A DNA stretch of 64,000 bases from the human T2T-CHM13v2.0 reference genome, Homo sapiens. The notes beneath the pieces are model-generated. The model made no database searches. It worked only from the letters and a program-made list of their open reading frames with translations, and had not been told where the DNA came from. The stretch spans positions 960,001 to 1,024,000 of the forward strand of contig CP068257.2 in NCBI GenBank assembly GCA_009914755.4. Direction: 5' to 3'. Numbering within the stretch: position 1 is the first letter of the stretch; every line of letters starts with the position of its first letter. Shown here in pieces: positions 44,486 to 58,900 of the stretch. The position numbers and the translations under genes are program-made.

Positions 44486-47400
44486 CATCTCTGAACTGAT
44501 CAACAAAGTGATGTAACAATCGTCTAGGCTCTAACAACAGGGGCTTTGTGACATATCTCTGCACTGATCACCCAGGTGATGGGACTTTTGTTTAGGCTCT
44601 GCCTATGGTGACATTGTGACATAGTTCTGCACTGATCACACAGGTGATGGGACACTTGTCTAGGCTCTGTGTATGGGGGCTTTGTGACATATCTCTATAC
44701 TGATCCCCCAGGTGATGTAACGCTTGACTAGGCTCTGCCTACGGGGCATAGTGACATATCACTGCATTGATCACCGAGGTGATGTAACTCTTGTCCAGGC
44801 TCTGCCTATAGGGGGCCTTGTGACATATCTCTGCACTGATCATCTCGGTGATGTAACTCTTGCTTACGCTCTGCCTGCAGGGGCATTGTGAAATATGTCT
44901 GCACTGATCACCCAGGTGATGGGACTCTTCTCTAGGCTCTGCCTACTCGGGGCATTGTCACATATTTCTGCACTGATCACCCAGGTGACGGACACTTGTC
45001 TTGGATTTGCCTATGGGGGCATTGTGACATATCTCTGCACTGATCACCCAGGTGATGTAACTCTGGTCTAAGCTCTGCCTAAATGGACATTGTGACAGAT
45101 CTCTGCAATGATCACTCAGGTGATATAACAATTGTCTAGGCTCTGCTTAAAGGGGCCTTGTCACATATCTCTGCACTGATCACCCAGGTGATGTAACACT
45201 TGTCTAGGCTCTGCTTACAGGGGGTATTGTGACATATCTCTGCACTGATCACCTAAGTGATGTAACACTTGTGTAGGCTCTGCCTACAGGGGCATTTTGA
45301 CATTTCTCTGCACTGTTAACCGAGGTGATGTAACCCTTGTCTAGGCTGTGCCCACAGGGTGATTGAGACATATCTCTGCACTGATCCCGAGGTGATCCAA
45401 CTCTTGCCTGGTCTCTGTCTACTGGGGACATTGTGATATATCTCTGCACTGATCTCCCAAGTGCTGTAACTTTACTCTAGGCTCTGGCTACACGGCATTG
45501 TGACATATCACTGCACTGATCACCCAGGTGATATAACTCTTGTCTAGGCTCTGCCTACAGGGGGCTTGTGACATATATCTGCACTGATCACCCAGGTGAT
45601 ATAACTCTCGTCTAGGCTCTGCCTACAGGGTGCTTTGTGACATGTCCCTGCACTGATCACCCAGGTGATGGGACTCTTGTCTAGGCTCTGCCAAAAGTGA
45701 CATTGTGACATATCTCTGCACTGATCACCCAGGTGATGTAACTCTTTCCTAGGATCTGCTTACAGGGTACTTTGAGACATATCCCTGCAATGATCACCCA
45801 GGTGATGTACCACTTGTCAAGGCTCTGCCTACAGGTACATTGCGAAGAATTTCTGCAATGATCACCTAGGTCATGTAACTGATTGATGTAACTATTGTCT
45901 AGGATCTGCCTAAAGGGACTTTGTGACATAACTCTGCACTGATCATCCAGGTGATGGGGCTTTTGTCTAGGCTCTGCCTAAGGGGCATTGTGACATATTT
46001 CTGCACTGATAACCCAGGTGACGGATTCCTGTCTTGGATCTACCTATGGGAGCATTGTGACATATCTCTGCACTGATCACACAGGTGATGTAACTGTTGT
46101 ATAAGTTCTGCCTACAGGGGAATTGTGAGAGATCTCGCCACTGATCACTCAATTGATGTAACTATTGTCTAGGCTTTGCCTAAAGGTGGCTTTCTGACAT
46201 ACCTTTTCACTGATCACCCAGGTGATGTAATTCTTCTAAGTTCTGCCTACAGGAGCTTTCGGACATATCTCTGCACTGATCACTTAGGTGATGTAACACT
46301 TTTATAAGCACTGCCTACAGGGAATTTTGACAAATCTCCACACTGATAACCTAGGTGATGTAACTCTTTTCTAGGATCTGCCTACAGGGTGCTTTGTGAC
46401 ATATCCCTGCAATGATCACCCAGGTGATGTACCACTTGTCAAGGCTCTGCCTACAGGGACATTGTGATGTATCTCTGCACTGATCACCTAGGTCATGTAA
46501 CTCTTGTCTAGGCTCTGCCTACAGTGGCATTGTGACATATCTCTGCACTGATCATCCACGTAATGTAACAGTTGTATAAGCTCTGCCTACAGGGGAATTG
46601 TGAGAGATCTCTCCACTGATCACGCAAGTGATGTAACTATTGTCTAGGCTTTGCCTACAGGGGGCTTTGTGACGTACCTTTGCACTGATCACCCAGGTGA
46701 CGTAACTCATGTAAGTTCTGCCTACAGGAGCTTTTTGACATATCTCTGTACTGATCACTTACGTGTTGTGACACTTTTATAAGCACTGCCTACAGGGAAT
46801 TTTGACAAATCTCTGCACTGATCACCTAGGTGATGTAACTCTTGTCTACACTCTGCCCAAAGGGGGCATTGTGAAATATCTCTGCACTGATCACCCACGT
46901 GATTCAACTCTTGTCTAGGATCTGCCTACAGGGGGTATTGTGAGATATCTCCTCACTGATCAACTAGGTGATGTAAATATTGTCTAGGCTCTGCGTACAG
47001 GGGCATTTTCACATATCCCTGTACTGATGACAAAGGTGATGTAACCCTTGCCTGGGCATTGCCTACAGGGGATGTTGTGACATAAGTCTGCACTGATCAC
47101 CCAGGTGATGCACCTGTTCTCTATGCTCTGCCTACAGAGGACATTGTGACATATCTCTGCACTGATCACCCAGGTGATGTCACTTTTCTCAAGGATATGT
47201 CTACAGGGACATTGTGACACGTCACTGCACTGATCACACAGCTGATGTAACTACTGTGTAGGCTCTGGCTACAGGGGGCTTGTGACACATCTCTGCACTG
47301 ATCACCCAGGTGATGTAACCTTTGTCTAGGCTCTGCCAAAAGAGGGCATTATGACATAACTCTGCACTGATCACCCAGGTGATGGGACTCCTGTCTAGGC

Positions 47401-50400
47401 TAAGCCTACAGGGGCATTGTGACATATCTCTGCAGTGATCACGCAGGTGATATAACTGTTGTCTATATCTGCCTACTGGCGGCATTGTGGCATATTTCTG
47501 CACTGATCACCCAGGTGATGGACTCTTGTCTTGGATCTGCCTATGGGGGCATAGTGACACGTCTCTGCAGTGATCACTCATGTGATGTAACGCTTGTCTA
47601 AGCTGCGTCTAAAGGGGAGTTGTGACAGATATCTCCACTGATTACCCAGGTGATGTAACAAACAAATTTCCGCGATTTCTCTACAGGGCCTTTGTGACAT
47701 ATCTTTGCACTGATAACCCTGGAGATGTAACTCTTGTCTAGGCTCGGCCTACAGGGGCTGTGTGACATATTTCTGCACTGATCACCCAGGTTATGTAACT
47801 CTTGTCTATGCTCCACCTACAGGTGGTATTGTGACGTATCTCTGCACTTCTCACACAGGTGATGTAACTCTTGTCTAGGCTCCACCTACAGGGTGTATTG
47901 TGACATATCTCTGCACTGATCACCCATGTGATGTAATATTTATCTAGGCTCTGCCTACTGGGGCGTTTTGACATAGCTCTGCACAGATCACCTGGGTTAT
48001 GTAACTCTTGTCCACTCTCTGCCTATAGGGGGCATTGTGAAATATCTCTGCACTGATCACCCAGGTGATGGGACTCTTCTCTATACTCTGCCTATAGGGG
48101 GATTTGTGACATATATCTGCACGGATCACCCAGGTGATGGAAGTCTTGTCTAGGCTCTGTCTATGGGGTCATTGTGTCAAATATCTGCACTGATCACCCA
48201 GGTGATGTAACTCTTCTCTAGGCTCTGTATACAGGGATTTTTGTGACGTATCACTGCCCTGATCACCTAGGTGATGTAAGCCTTGTATGGGCTTTGCGTA
48301 CAGAAGGCTTTGTGACATATCTATGCACTGATCTCTGAGGTGATGCAACTCTTGTCTAGTCACTGCCTACAGAGGACATTGGTACATATCTCTGCAGTGA
48401 TCACCCAGGTGATGGACTCTTGTCTTAGATCTGCCTACATGGACATTTTGACACATCTCTGACCTGATCAACCAAGTGATGAAACTCTTGCCTAGGCTCT
48501 GCCTAAATGGGCTTTGTGACACATCTCTGAACTGTTCACCCTGGGGAGGGAACTCTAGTCTACGCTTTGCCTACAGGGGGCATTGTGAAATATCTCTGCA
48601 CTGATCACCCAGGTGATGGGACTCTTCTTTATACTCTGCCTATAGGGGGATTTGTGACATATATCTGCACGGATCACCCAGGTGATGGAAGTCTTGTCTA
48701 GGCTCTGTCTATGGGAGCATTATGTCAAATATCTGCACTGATCACCCAGGTGATGTAACTCTTGTCTAGGCTCTGTCTACAGGGATTTTTCTGACACATC
48801 ACTGCCCTGATCACCTAGGTGATGTAAGCCGTGTATGGGCTTTGCGTACAGAAGGCTTTGTGACATATCTATGCACTGATCTCTGAGGTGATGCAACTCT
48901 TGTCTAGTCACTGCCTACAGAGGACATTGGTACATATCTCTGCAGTGATCACCCAGGTGATGGACTCTTGTCTTAGATCTGCCTACATGGACATTTTGAC
49001 ACATCTCTGACCTGATCAACCAAGTGATGAAACTCTTGCCTAGGCTCTGCCTAAATGGGCTTTGTGACACATCTCTGAACTGTTCACCCTGGGGAGGGAA
49101 CTCTAGTCTACGCTCTGCCTACAGGAGGCTTTTTGAGTTATACCTGTACTGATCATCTAGGTGATGTAACACTGGTCTAGAGTCTCCCTTCACCGGAATC
49201 CTCACATATCTCTGCACTGATCATCCAGTTGATGTAACTCATTTCTAGATTCAGACTACAGGAGTGTTTTGACATATCTCTGCACTGATCAACCAGTTGA
49301 TGTAACCCTTGACTAAGCTCTGCCTACAGGGGCATTGTGGCAGATCTCTCCACTGCTCACCCAGGTGATGTAACAATTGTCTGGGCTTTGCCTACAGGGG
49401 GCTTTGTGATATACATTTCCACTGATCAAACAGGTGATGTAACCCTTGGCAAATTTCTGCTTACAGGGGTATTGTGAAATAACTCTGCACTGATCAACTA
49501 GGGGATGTAACTCTTGTCTAGGCTCTCCCTACATGGGTGTTTTCACATATCCCTGAACTGATGAGAAAGATGATGTAACTCTTGCCTAGGCTTTGCCTAC
49601 AGGGGATATTGTGACATATCTCTGCACTGATCTCCCAGGTGATGCAACTCTACTCTATGCTCTGCCTACAGGGGACATAGTGACATATCTCTGCACTGAT
49701 CACCCAGGTGATGGGACTTTTGTCTAGGCTCTGCCTATGGGTGCATTGTGACATATCTCTACACTGATCACCCTGGTGATGTAACTCTTGTGTTGGATCT
49801 GCCTATGGGGGCATTGTGACATATTTCTGCACTGATCACCCAAGTGATGGGACTCTTATCTAGGCTCTGTGTATGGGTGCTTTGTGACATATGTCTGCAC
49901 TGATCACCAAGGTGATGTAACGCTAGACTAGGCTCTGCCTACGAGGCATAGTGACAATCACTGCATTGATCACCGAGGTGATGTAACGCTTGTCCAGGCT
50001 CTGCCTATACGGTGCCTTGTGACATATCTCTGCACTGATCATGGAGGTAATGTAACTCTTGCTTGTGCTCTGCCTGCAGGGCAGAGATATTGTCAAATAT
50101 TTCTGCAATGATCACCCAGGTGATGGGACTCTTTTCTAGGCTCTGCCTACTGGGGGCATTGTCACATGTTTCTGCACTGATCACCCAGGTGACGGACTCT
50201 TGTCTTGGATTTGCCTATGGGGGCATTGTGACATATCTCTGCACTGATCACCCAGGTGATGTAACTCTGGTCCAAGATCTGCCTAGAGGGGCATTGTGAC
50301 AGATCTCTGCACTGATCACTCAGGTGATGCAACTCTTGTCTATGCTCTGCTCATAAGGGCCTTGCACATATCTCTGCACTGATCACGCAGGTGATGTAAC

Positions 50401-53400
50401 TGTTGTCTAGGCCCTGCTTACAAAGGGTATTGTGACATATCTCTGCACTGATCACCTAAGTGATGTAACACTTGTGTAGGCTCTCCCTACAGGGGCATTC
50501 TAACATATCTCTGCATTGTTAACCGAGGTGATGTAACCCTTGTCTAGGCTGTGCCCACAGGGGTATTGAGACATATCTCTGCACTGATCCCGAGGTGATC
50601 CAACTCTTTCCTGGTGTCTGCCTACTGGGGATATTGTGAAATGTCTCTGCACTGATCTCCCAGGTGCTGTAACCTTAGTCTAGGCTCCAGCTACACGGCA
50701 TTGTGACATATCACTGCACTGATCACCCACGTGATATAACTCTTGTCTAGGCTCTGCCTACAGGGGCTTGTGAAATATCTCTGCACTGATCACCCAGGTG
50801 ATATAACTCTTCTCTAGGATCTGCCTACAGGGTGCTTTGTGACATATCGCTGCAATGATCACCCAGGTGATATACCACTTGTCAAGGCTCTGCCTACAGG
50901 GGCGTTGCGATGTATCTCTGCACTGATAACCTAGGACATGTAACGCTTGTCTAGGCTCTGCCTACAGTGCCATTGGGACTTATCTCAGCAATGATCATCC
51001 AAGTGATGTATCTCTTGTCTAGGATCTGCCTAAAGGGACTTTGTGACATAACTCTGCACTGATCATCCAGGTGATGGGGCTTTTGTCTAGGCTCTGCCTA
51101 AGGGGGCATTGTGACATATTTCTGCATTGATCACCCAGGTGACAGACAATTGTCTTTGATTTGCCTATGGGGGCATTGTTACATATCTCTGCACTGATCA
51201 CCCAGGTGATGTAACAGTTGTATAAGCTCTGCCTACAGGGGAATTGTGAGAGATCTCGCCACTGATCACCCAAGTGATGTAACTATTGTCTAGGCTTTGC
51301 CTACATGGGGCTTTGTGACATACCTTTGCACTGATCACCCAGGTGACGTAACTCATCTAAGTTCTGCCTACAGGAGCTTTGTGACATATTTCTGCACTGA
51401 TCACTTAGGTGATGTAACACTTTAATAAGCATTGCCTACAGGGAATTTTGACAAATCTCCACACTGATCACCTAGGTGATGTAACTCTTGTCTACCCTCC
51501 GCCCAAAGGGGGCATTGTGAAATATCTCTGCACTGATCACCCAGGTGATTCAACTCTTGTCTAGGATCTGCCTACATGGGTTATTGTGAAATATCTCTGC
51601 AAGGATGAACTAGGTGATGTTACTCTTGTCTAGGCTCTGCCTACAGGGGCGTTTTCACATATCCCTGAACTGATGACAAAGGTGATGTAACTCTTGCCTG
51701 GGCTTTGCCTACAGGGGACATTGTGACATATCTCTGCACTAATCACCCAGGTGATGCAACTCTTCTCTATGCTCTGTCTACAGGGGACATTGTGACATAT
51801 CTCTTAACTGATCACCCAGGTGATGCAACTCTTCTCTAAGCTCTGCCTACAGGGTGCACTGTGACGTGTCTCTGCACTGATCACCCAGATGATGTAACTC
51901 TTTTCTAGACTCTGCCTACGGAAGGCGTTGTAACATCACTCTGCACGGATCACCCGGGTTATGTAACTCTTGTCTAGGCTCTGCCTTTGGGGGCATTGTG
52001 ACTTATCTCTGCACTGATAACGCAGGAGATGTGACACTTGTCTAAGCTCTGCTGAGAGGCACATTGGGACATGTCCCTGCAGTGATTGCTGAGGTGATCT
52101 AAAAGTTGTCTAGGCTTTACCTACAGTGGGATTTATGACATATCTCTGCACTGATCACCCAGGTGATGTAACTCTTTTCTAGGCTCTGCTAACAGGGGCC
52201 TTTTCACATATCACTGCACTGATCACCGAGATGATGTAACTCTTGTATAGGTTTCGCCGACTGGGGGCATTGAGACATATCTCTGTGCTGATCACCGAGG
52301 TGATGTAACTCTTGTCTGGGATCTGCTTACAGGGGTCATTGTGACATATCTCTTCCCTGATCACCCAGGTGATGTAACGCTTGTCTAGGCTCTGCCTCCT
52401 GGAAATATTGTGACATATCTCCGCAGTGATCACTCAGGTGATGTCACTTTTGTGAAGGATATGGCTACAGGGACATTGTGACATGTCTCTGCACTGATCA
52501 CACAGCTGATGTAATTCTTGTCTAGGCTCTGGCTACAGGGGGCTTATGACACATCCCTAAACTGATCACCCAGGTAATGTAACCATAGTCTAGGCTCTGC
52601 CAAAAGGGGGCATTGTGACATAACTCTGCACTGATCACCCAGGTGATGGGACTCTTGTCTAGGCTCTGCCTACAGGGGCATTGTGACATATCTCTGCACT
52701 GATCAAGCGGGTGATGTAACTCTTGTCTATATCTGCCTACTGGCGGCATTGTGGCATATTTGTGCACTGATCACCCAGATGATGGACTCTTGTCTTGGAT
52801 CTGCCTATGGGGGCATCATGACATATCTCTGCACTGATCACTCATGTGATGTAATGCTTGTCTAAGCTGCGCCTAAAGGGGAAATGGAACAGATATCTCC
52901 ACTGACCACCCAGGTGAGGTAACAATTTTCTGGGATTGTCTACAGGGGGCTTTGTGACATATATTTGCACTGATCACCCAGGAGATGTGACTCTTGTCTA
53001 GGCTCGGCCTACAGGGGCTTTGTGACATATTTCTGCACTGATCACCTAGGTGATGTAACTCTTGTCTAGGCTCCAACTACAGGAGGTATTGTGACGTATC
53101 TCTGCACTGATCACACAGGTGATGTAACTCTTGTCTAGGCTCCACTTACAGGGTGTATTGAGACGTATCGCTACACTGATCACCCAGGTGATGTAACATT
53201 TATCTAGGCTCTGCCTACTGGGGCGTTTTGACATAGCTCTGCACAGATCACATAGGTTATGTAACTCTTGTCCACTCTCTGCCTACAGGGGGCATTGTGA
53301 AATATCTCTGCACTGATCACCCAGGTGATGGGACTCTTCTCTATACTCTGCCTAGAGGTGGATTTGTGACATATCTCTGCACTGATCACCCAGGTGATGG

Positions 53401-54579
53401 AAGTCTTGCCTAGGCTCTGTCTATGGGGGCATTGTATCAAATATCTGCACTGATCCCCCAGGTGTTGTAACTCTTGTCTAGGCTCTGTCTACAGGGATTT
53501 TTGTGACATATCACTGCACTCATCACCTAGGTGATGTAAGGCTTGTATGGGCTTTGCCTACAGAAGGCTTTGTGACATATCTATGCACTGACCTCTGAGG
53601 TGATGCAACTCTTGTCTAGGCACTGCCTACAGGAGACATTGGTACATCTCTCTGCACTGATCACCCAGGTGATGGCCTCTTGTCTTATATCTGCTTACAT
53701 GGACATTGTGGCACATCTCTGAACAGATCGAGCAAGTGATGAAACTCTTGTCTAGGCTCTGCCTACGGGGGCTTTGAGTACACATCTCTGTACTGATCAC
53801 CCTGGGGAGGGAACTCTTGTCTACTCTCTGCCTACAAGAGGCTTTATGACTTATACCTACACTGGTAACCTATGTGATGTAACACTTGTCTAGGCTCTGT
53901 CTACACGGGAATTCTCACATGTCTCTGCACTGATCACCCGGGTGATGGAACTCCTGTCTAGGTTCAGCCTACAGGAGGGTTTTGACATATCTCTGCACTG
54001 ATCATCCAGGTGATGTAACCCTTTTCTAAGCTCTGCCTCCAGGGGCATTGTGACAGATCTCTCCACTGCTCAACCAGGTGATGTAACAATTGTCTGGACT
54101 TTGCTTACAGGGGGCTTTGTGATATAAAATTCTAGTGATCAAACAGGTGATGTAACCCTTGTCAAGGTTCTGCTTACAGGGGCTTTGTGACATACCTCTG
54201 CACTGATCACCCCAGGGAGGAAACATTTGTCTACACTCTGACTACAGGGGGCTTTAGGACTTATCCCTGCACTGATCACTAGGTGATGGAACACTTGTCT
54301 AGGCTCTGTCTACATGGGAATTTTCACATATATCTACACTGATCACCTAAGTGATGTAACCCTTGTCTAGGTTCAGCCTATTGGGGATTTCTGACATACC
54401 TATGCACTGATCACCGAGGTGATGTAAATCATTTCCAGGCTTTTTGTACAGGGGACATTGTGATATATCTCTGCACTGATCACCCAAATGATGCAAATAT
54501 TCTCTAGGCTCCGCAGGGAGGGGGCATTGTGATATATTTCTGAACTGATCATCCAGGAGATGTAACTATTCTCCAGGCT
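44486..54579 (+). repeat. Beta-satellite array (forward), double length (~10 kb). Contains a ~545-bp (8-monomer) recent tandem duplication (48361-48905 and 48907-49450). The monomer series is discontinuous at ~49450-49690.
   Basis: 68-bp periodicity. 48361-48600 is near-identical to 48907-49146. After 49450 the end-of-block monomer series jumps to the series that normally follows a DUX4-like unit (compare 49680-50000 with 8100-8460). Confidence 0.8.
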
Positions 54580-55945
54580 TTGAGTGAAGAGCGTTGGAAG
54601 GTGTTGGGAGAGCCTCAGCCGGAATTTCACGGATGGACAGGGGCACAGAGGGGCCAGCAGGCTCCCTTGCACATTAGCCGGGGTGCTCAATGAGCGCAGG
54701 TCTAGCCAGGAGGCCAGCAAATAGAGCTATAGGTCTGCGTTCTGATGCCAGGTGCTCCATGGTTGCAGCTGGGGGGCTACAGGGGCACGGGCCGGCCGGC
54801 GACGGTGGCGCTGAGGCGCAGAGGAGGCGAGCCGCTAGAGAGGTGTCAGGCCTGCACGGTGTGCGGGCCCATTGTTTTGCGGGACGGGGGTCTACACCCA
54901 GCCCAGGTGGGGATGTATTTTCTCAAGTGGGGCCACCGGGCCAAGGTGTGCTTGCGCCACCCACGTCCCAGGGTAGTCATTGTTGGGGCCGCGGCCGGGG
55001 TCCCCAGGTTGCCAGGGCGGCATGGGAACCCCAAGCCGGGGCAGCTCCACCTCGCCAGCCTGCGACCCCGGAGGTCTCCGTGCGGCAGGGGCAGATGTAA
55101 GGCATGCCGGTGCCCTCCAAGGCGCTCCAGGAGCCGGAGCACTCATCTGCACTCCCCTCCGGCCTGCTGCTGGATGAGCTCCTTGCGGGCCCAGAGATTT
55201 TGCAGCAGGTGCAACTCTCCTAGAATCGGAGGCCCCGGGTGAGCTGGAGGCCTTCTAAGGGGTCGCCTCGCTGGAAGCACCCCTCAGCGAGGAAGAATAC
55301 CGGGCTCTGCTGGAGGAGCTTTAGGACGCGGGGATGGGAAGGGGTCGGGTCGGGGCAGGGCATTGGCCTCTCTTTCACGGGGAACACCTGGCTGGCTACG
55401 GAGGAGCGTGTCTTCCACCCGCCCCATCCCCCGGGCTGACCGGCCTGGGATTCCTGACTTCTTGGTCTAGGCCCGGTGAGAGACTCCACAGAGCGTAGAA
55501 CTGCCATTCTTTCCTGGGCATCCCAGGGATCCCCGAGCGGGCCCAGGTACCAACAGGTGGGCCGCCTACTACACACGCGCGGGTTTGCAGGCAGCCGCCT
55601 GGGCTGTGGGAGCAGCCCGGGCTGAGCTCTCATGCCTTTCCACCACCCCACCCCCGCCTGACCACACCTTCCCCACCCCCACCCCCCACCCCCGGGAAAT
55701 GCGTCCTCCCCTGGGCTGGGTGGAGACCCCCGTACCGCGAAACACCGGGCCTGCGCAGCGTCCAGGCCTGACAACCCTCCGGCGGCTCTCCTCCTCTGTG
55801 CCTCTGGGCCACCGTCGCCGGCCAGCCTGTGCCCCTGCAGCCTCTCAGCTGCCACCATGGAGCGCCTGGCGGTGGAACGGAGACATATAGCTCTCTTTGC
55901 CGGCCTCCTGGCTAGACCTGCGCTCATTGTGCACCCTGGCTGTCG
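54580..55945. repeat. Truncated, internally inverted (palindromic) D4Z4-like unit. The left arm (54580-54922) is 3'-flank sequence in standard orientation. It joins an inverted copy of the DUX4 3' half plus 3' flank (54923-55945).
   Basis: 54580-54920 aligns to 5311-5650. 55330-55930 is the reverse complement of the same 3'-flank region; for example 55400-55540 is the reverse complement of 5810-5900. The right edge joins inverted satellite at a non-canonical point ('...ctggctagacctgcgctcattgtgcaccctggctg|tcgtggtgttgttgcatcaccagggtgatc'). Confidence 0.7.
54923..55324 (+). pseudogene. DUX4L: DUX4-like 3' fragment (C-terminal ~130 codons) on the plus strand
   Basis: Plus ORF 54690..55100 contains '[53 protein letters not shown]'. 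The plus strand at 55300-55324 is 'cgggctctgctggaggagctttag' (YRALLEEL*). Confidence 0.7.
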
Positions 55946-58900
55946 TGGTGTTGTTGCATCACCAGGGTGATCCGTGGAGATATCTGTCACAATTCCCCTT
56001 CAGGCACAGCTATGACAAGCGTTACATCACATGAGTGATCAGTGCAGAGATATGTCACTATGACCCCATAGGCAGATACAAGACAAGAGTCCATCACCTG
56101 GGTGATCAGTGCAGAAATATGCCACAGTGACACCAGTAGGCAGATATAGACAAGACTTACATCACCTGGGTTATCACTGCAGAGATATGTCACAATGCCC
56201 CTGTAGGCAGAGCCTAGAGACAAGTCCCATCACCTGGGTGATCAGTGCAGAGTTATGTCACAATGCCTCCTTTTGGCAGAGCCTAGACAAGGGTTGCATC
56301 ACCTGGGTGATTAGTGCAGAGATGTGTCACAAGCCCCCTGTAGCCAGAGCCTAGACAAGAGTTACATCAGCTGTGTGATCAGTGCAGTGACATGTCACAA
56401 TGTCCCTGTAGCCATTTCCTAGACAAAAGTGACATCACCTGGGTGATCAGTGCGGAGATACGTCACAATGTCTCCAGTAGGCAGAGCCTAGACAAGCGTT
56501 ACATCACCTGGGTGATCAGGGCAGAGATATGTCACAATGCCCCTGTAAGCATATCCCAGACAAGAGTTGCATCACCTCGGTGATCAGTGCAGAGATATGT
56601 CTCAATGCCCCCTGTCGGCGAAGCCTATACTAGAGTTACATCATCTCGGTGATCAGTGCAGTGATTTGTCAAAATGCTCCTGTAGGCAGAGCCTAGACAA
56701 GAGTTAAATCACCTGGGTAAGCAGTGCATAGATATGTCATAAATCCCACTGTAGGCAGAGCCTAGACAAGTTTTACATCACCTCAGTGATCAGTGCAGAG
56801 ATATGTCCTAATGTTCCTCTAGGCAGAGCTTAGACAAGAGTCACATCTCTTGGGTGATCAGTGCAGAAATAAGTCACAATACCCCCATAGGCAGAGCCTA
56901 GACAACAGTTACATAACCCGAGTGATCCCTGCAGTGTGATGTCAAAACGACCTCTGTAGGCAGAGACTAGAAAAGGGTTACATCACCTGGGTGATCAGTG
57001 AAGAGATATGTCAAAATGCCCCCTGTAGGCAGAGCATAGAGAAGAGTTGCATCACCTGTGTGATCAGTGCAGAGATATGTCACAACGTCCCCTGTAGGCA
57101 AAGCCTAGGCAACAGTTACATCACCTTTGTCATCAGTTCAGGGATATTTTGAAACGCCCCTGTAGGCAGATTCTAGACAAGAGTTACTTCACCTAGTGGA
57201 TCAGTGCAGAGATATTTCACAATACCCCCTGTGGGCAGATCCTAGACAAGAGCTGAATCAACTGGGTGATCAGTGCAGAGATATTTCACAATGCCCCCTT
57301 TGGGCAGAGGGTAGACAAGAGTAACATCCCCTAGGGATCAGTGCAGAGATTTGTCAAAATTCCCTGTAGGCAGTGCTTATAAAAGTGTTACATCACCTAA
57401 GTGATCAGTGCAAATATATGTCACAAAGCTCCTGTTGGCAGAACTTAGATGAGTTACATCAACTGGGTGATCAGTGCAAAGGTATGTCACAACGCCCCGT
57501 CTAGGTAAAGCCTAGACAATAGTTACATCACTTGAGTGATCAGTGGTGAGATCTCTCACTATTCCCCTGTTAGTAGAGCTTACACAACAGTTACATCACC
57601 TGGGTGATCAGTGCAGAGATATCTCACAATGCCCCCATAGGCAGATCCAAGACAAGAGTCCGTCACCTGGGTGATCAGTGCAGAAATATATCACAATGCC
57701 CTCTTAGGCAGAGCCTAGACAAAAGCCCCATCACTTGGATGATCAGTGTAGAGTTATGTCACAAAGTCCCTTTAGGCAGATCCTAGACAAGAGTTACATC
57801 ACTTGGATGATCAGTGCAGAGATATGTCACTGTGCCACTGTAGGCAGAGCCTAGACAAGAGTTACGTGACCTAGGTGATCAGTGCAGAGATACATCACAA
57901 TGTCCCTGTAGGCAGAGCCTTGACAAGTGGTACATCACCTGGGTGATCATTGCAGGGATATGTCACAAAACACCCTGTAGGTAGATTGTAGATAAGAGTT
58001 ACATCACCTGGGTGATCAGTGCAGTGACATGTCACAATGCCACTGTAGGCAGAGCCTAGACAAGAGTTATATCACCTCGATGATAAATACAGTCATATGT
58101 CACAATGCCGTGTAGCCAGAGCCTAGACTAAAGTTGCAGCACCTGAGAAATCAGTGCAGAGATATGTCACAATCTCCCCAGTAGGCAGAGACCAGGCAAG
58201 ATTTGGATCACCAAGGAATCAGTGCAGAGATGTGTCTCAATCCCCCTCTGGGCAAAACTTAGACAAGAGTTACATCACCTCAGTTAACAGTGCAGAGATA
58301 TGTCAAAATGCCCCTGTAGGCAGAGCCTACAGAAGTGTTACATCACTTAGGTGATCAGTGCAGAAATATGTCACAATACCCCCTATAAACAGAGCCTAGA
58401 CAAGAGTTACATCACCTGGGTGATCAGTGCAGAGGTATGTGACAAGGCCCCTTTAAGCAGAGCCTGGAAAACAGTTACATCACCTGAGTGATCAGTGCAG
58501 AGATCTGTCACCATGCCCCTTTAGGCAGAGCTTAGACCAGAGTTACATCACCTGGGTGATCAGGGCAGAGATATCTCAAAATGCCCCTATAGGCAAATAC
58601 AATAAACAATAATGTCACCTGGGTGATCGGTGCAAACATATGTGACAATGCCCCCAGTAGGCAGAGCCTAGAGAAGAGTCCCATCACCTGGGTGATCAGT
58701 GCAGAGATATTTCACAATGCCCCTGCAGGCAGAGCATAAGCAAGAGTTACATCACCTAGATGATCAGTGCAGAGATATGTCACAAAGCCCCCTATACGCA
58801 GAGCATGGAGAAGAGTTACATCACCTTGGTGATCTCTGCAGTGATATGTCCCTATGCCCTGTAGGTAAAGCCTAGTCAAGCATTACATCACCTGGGTAAT

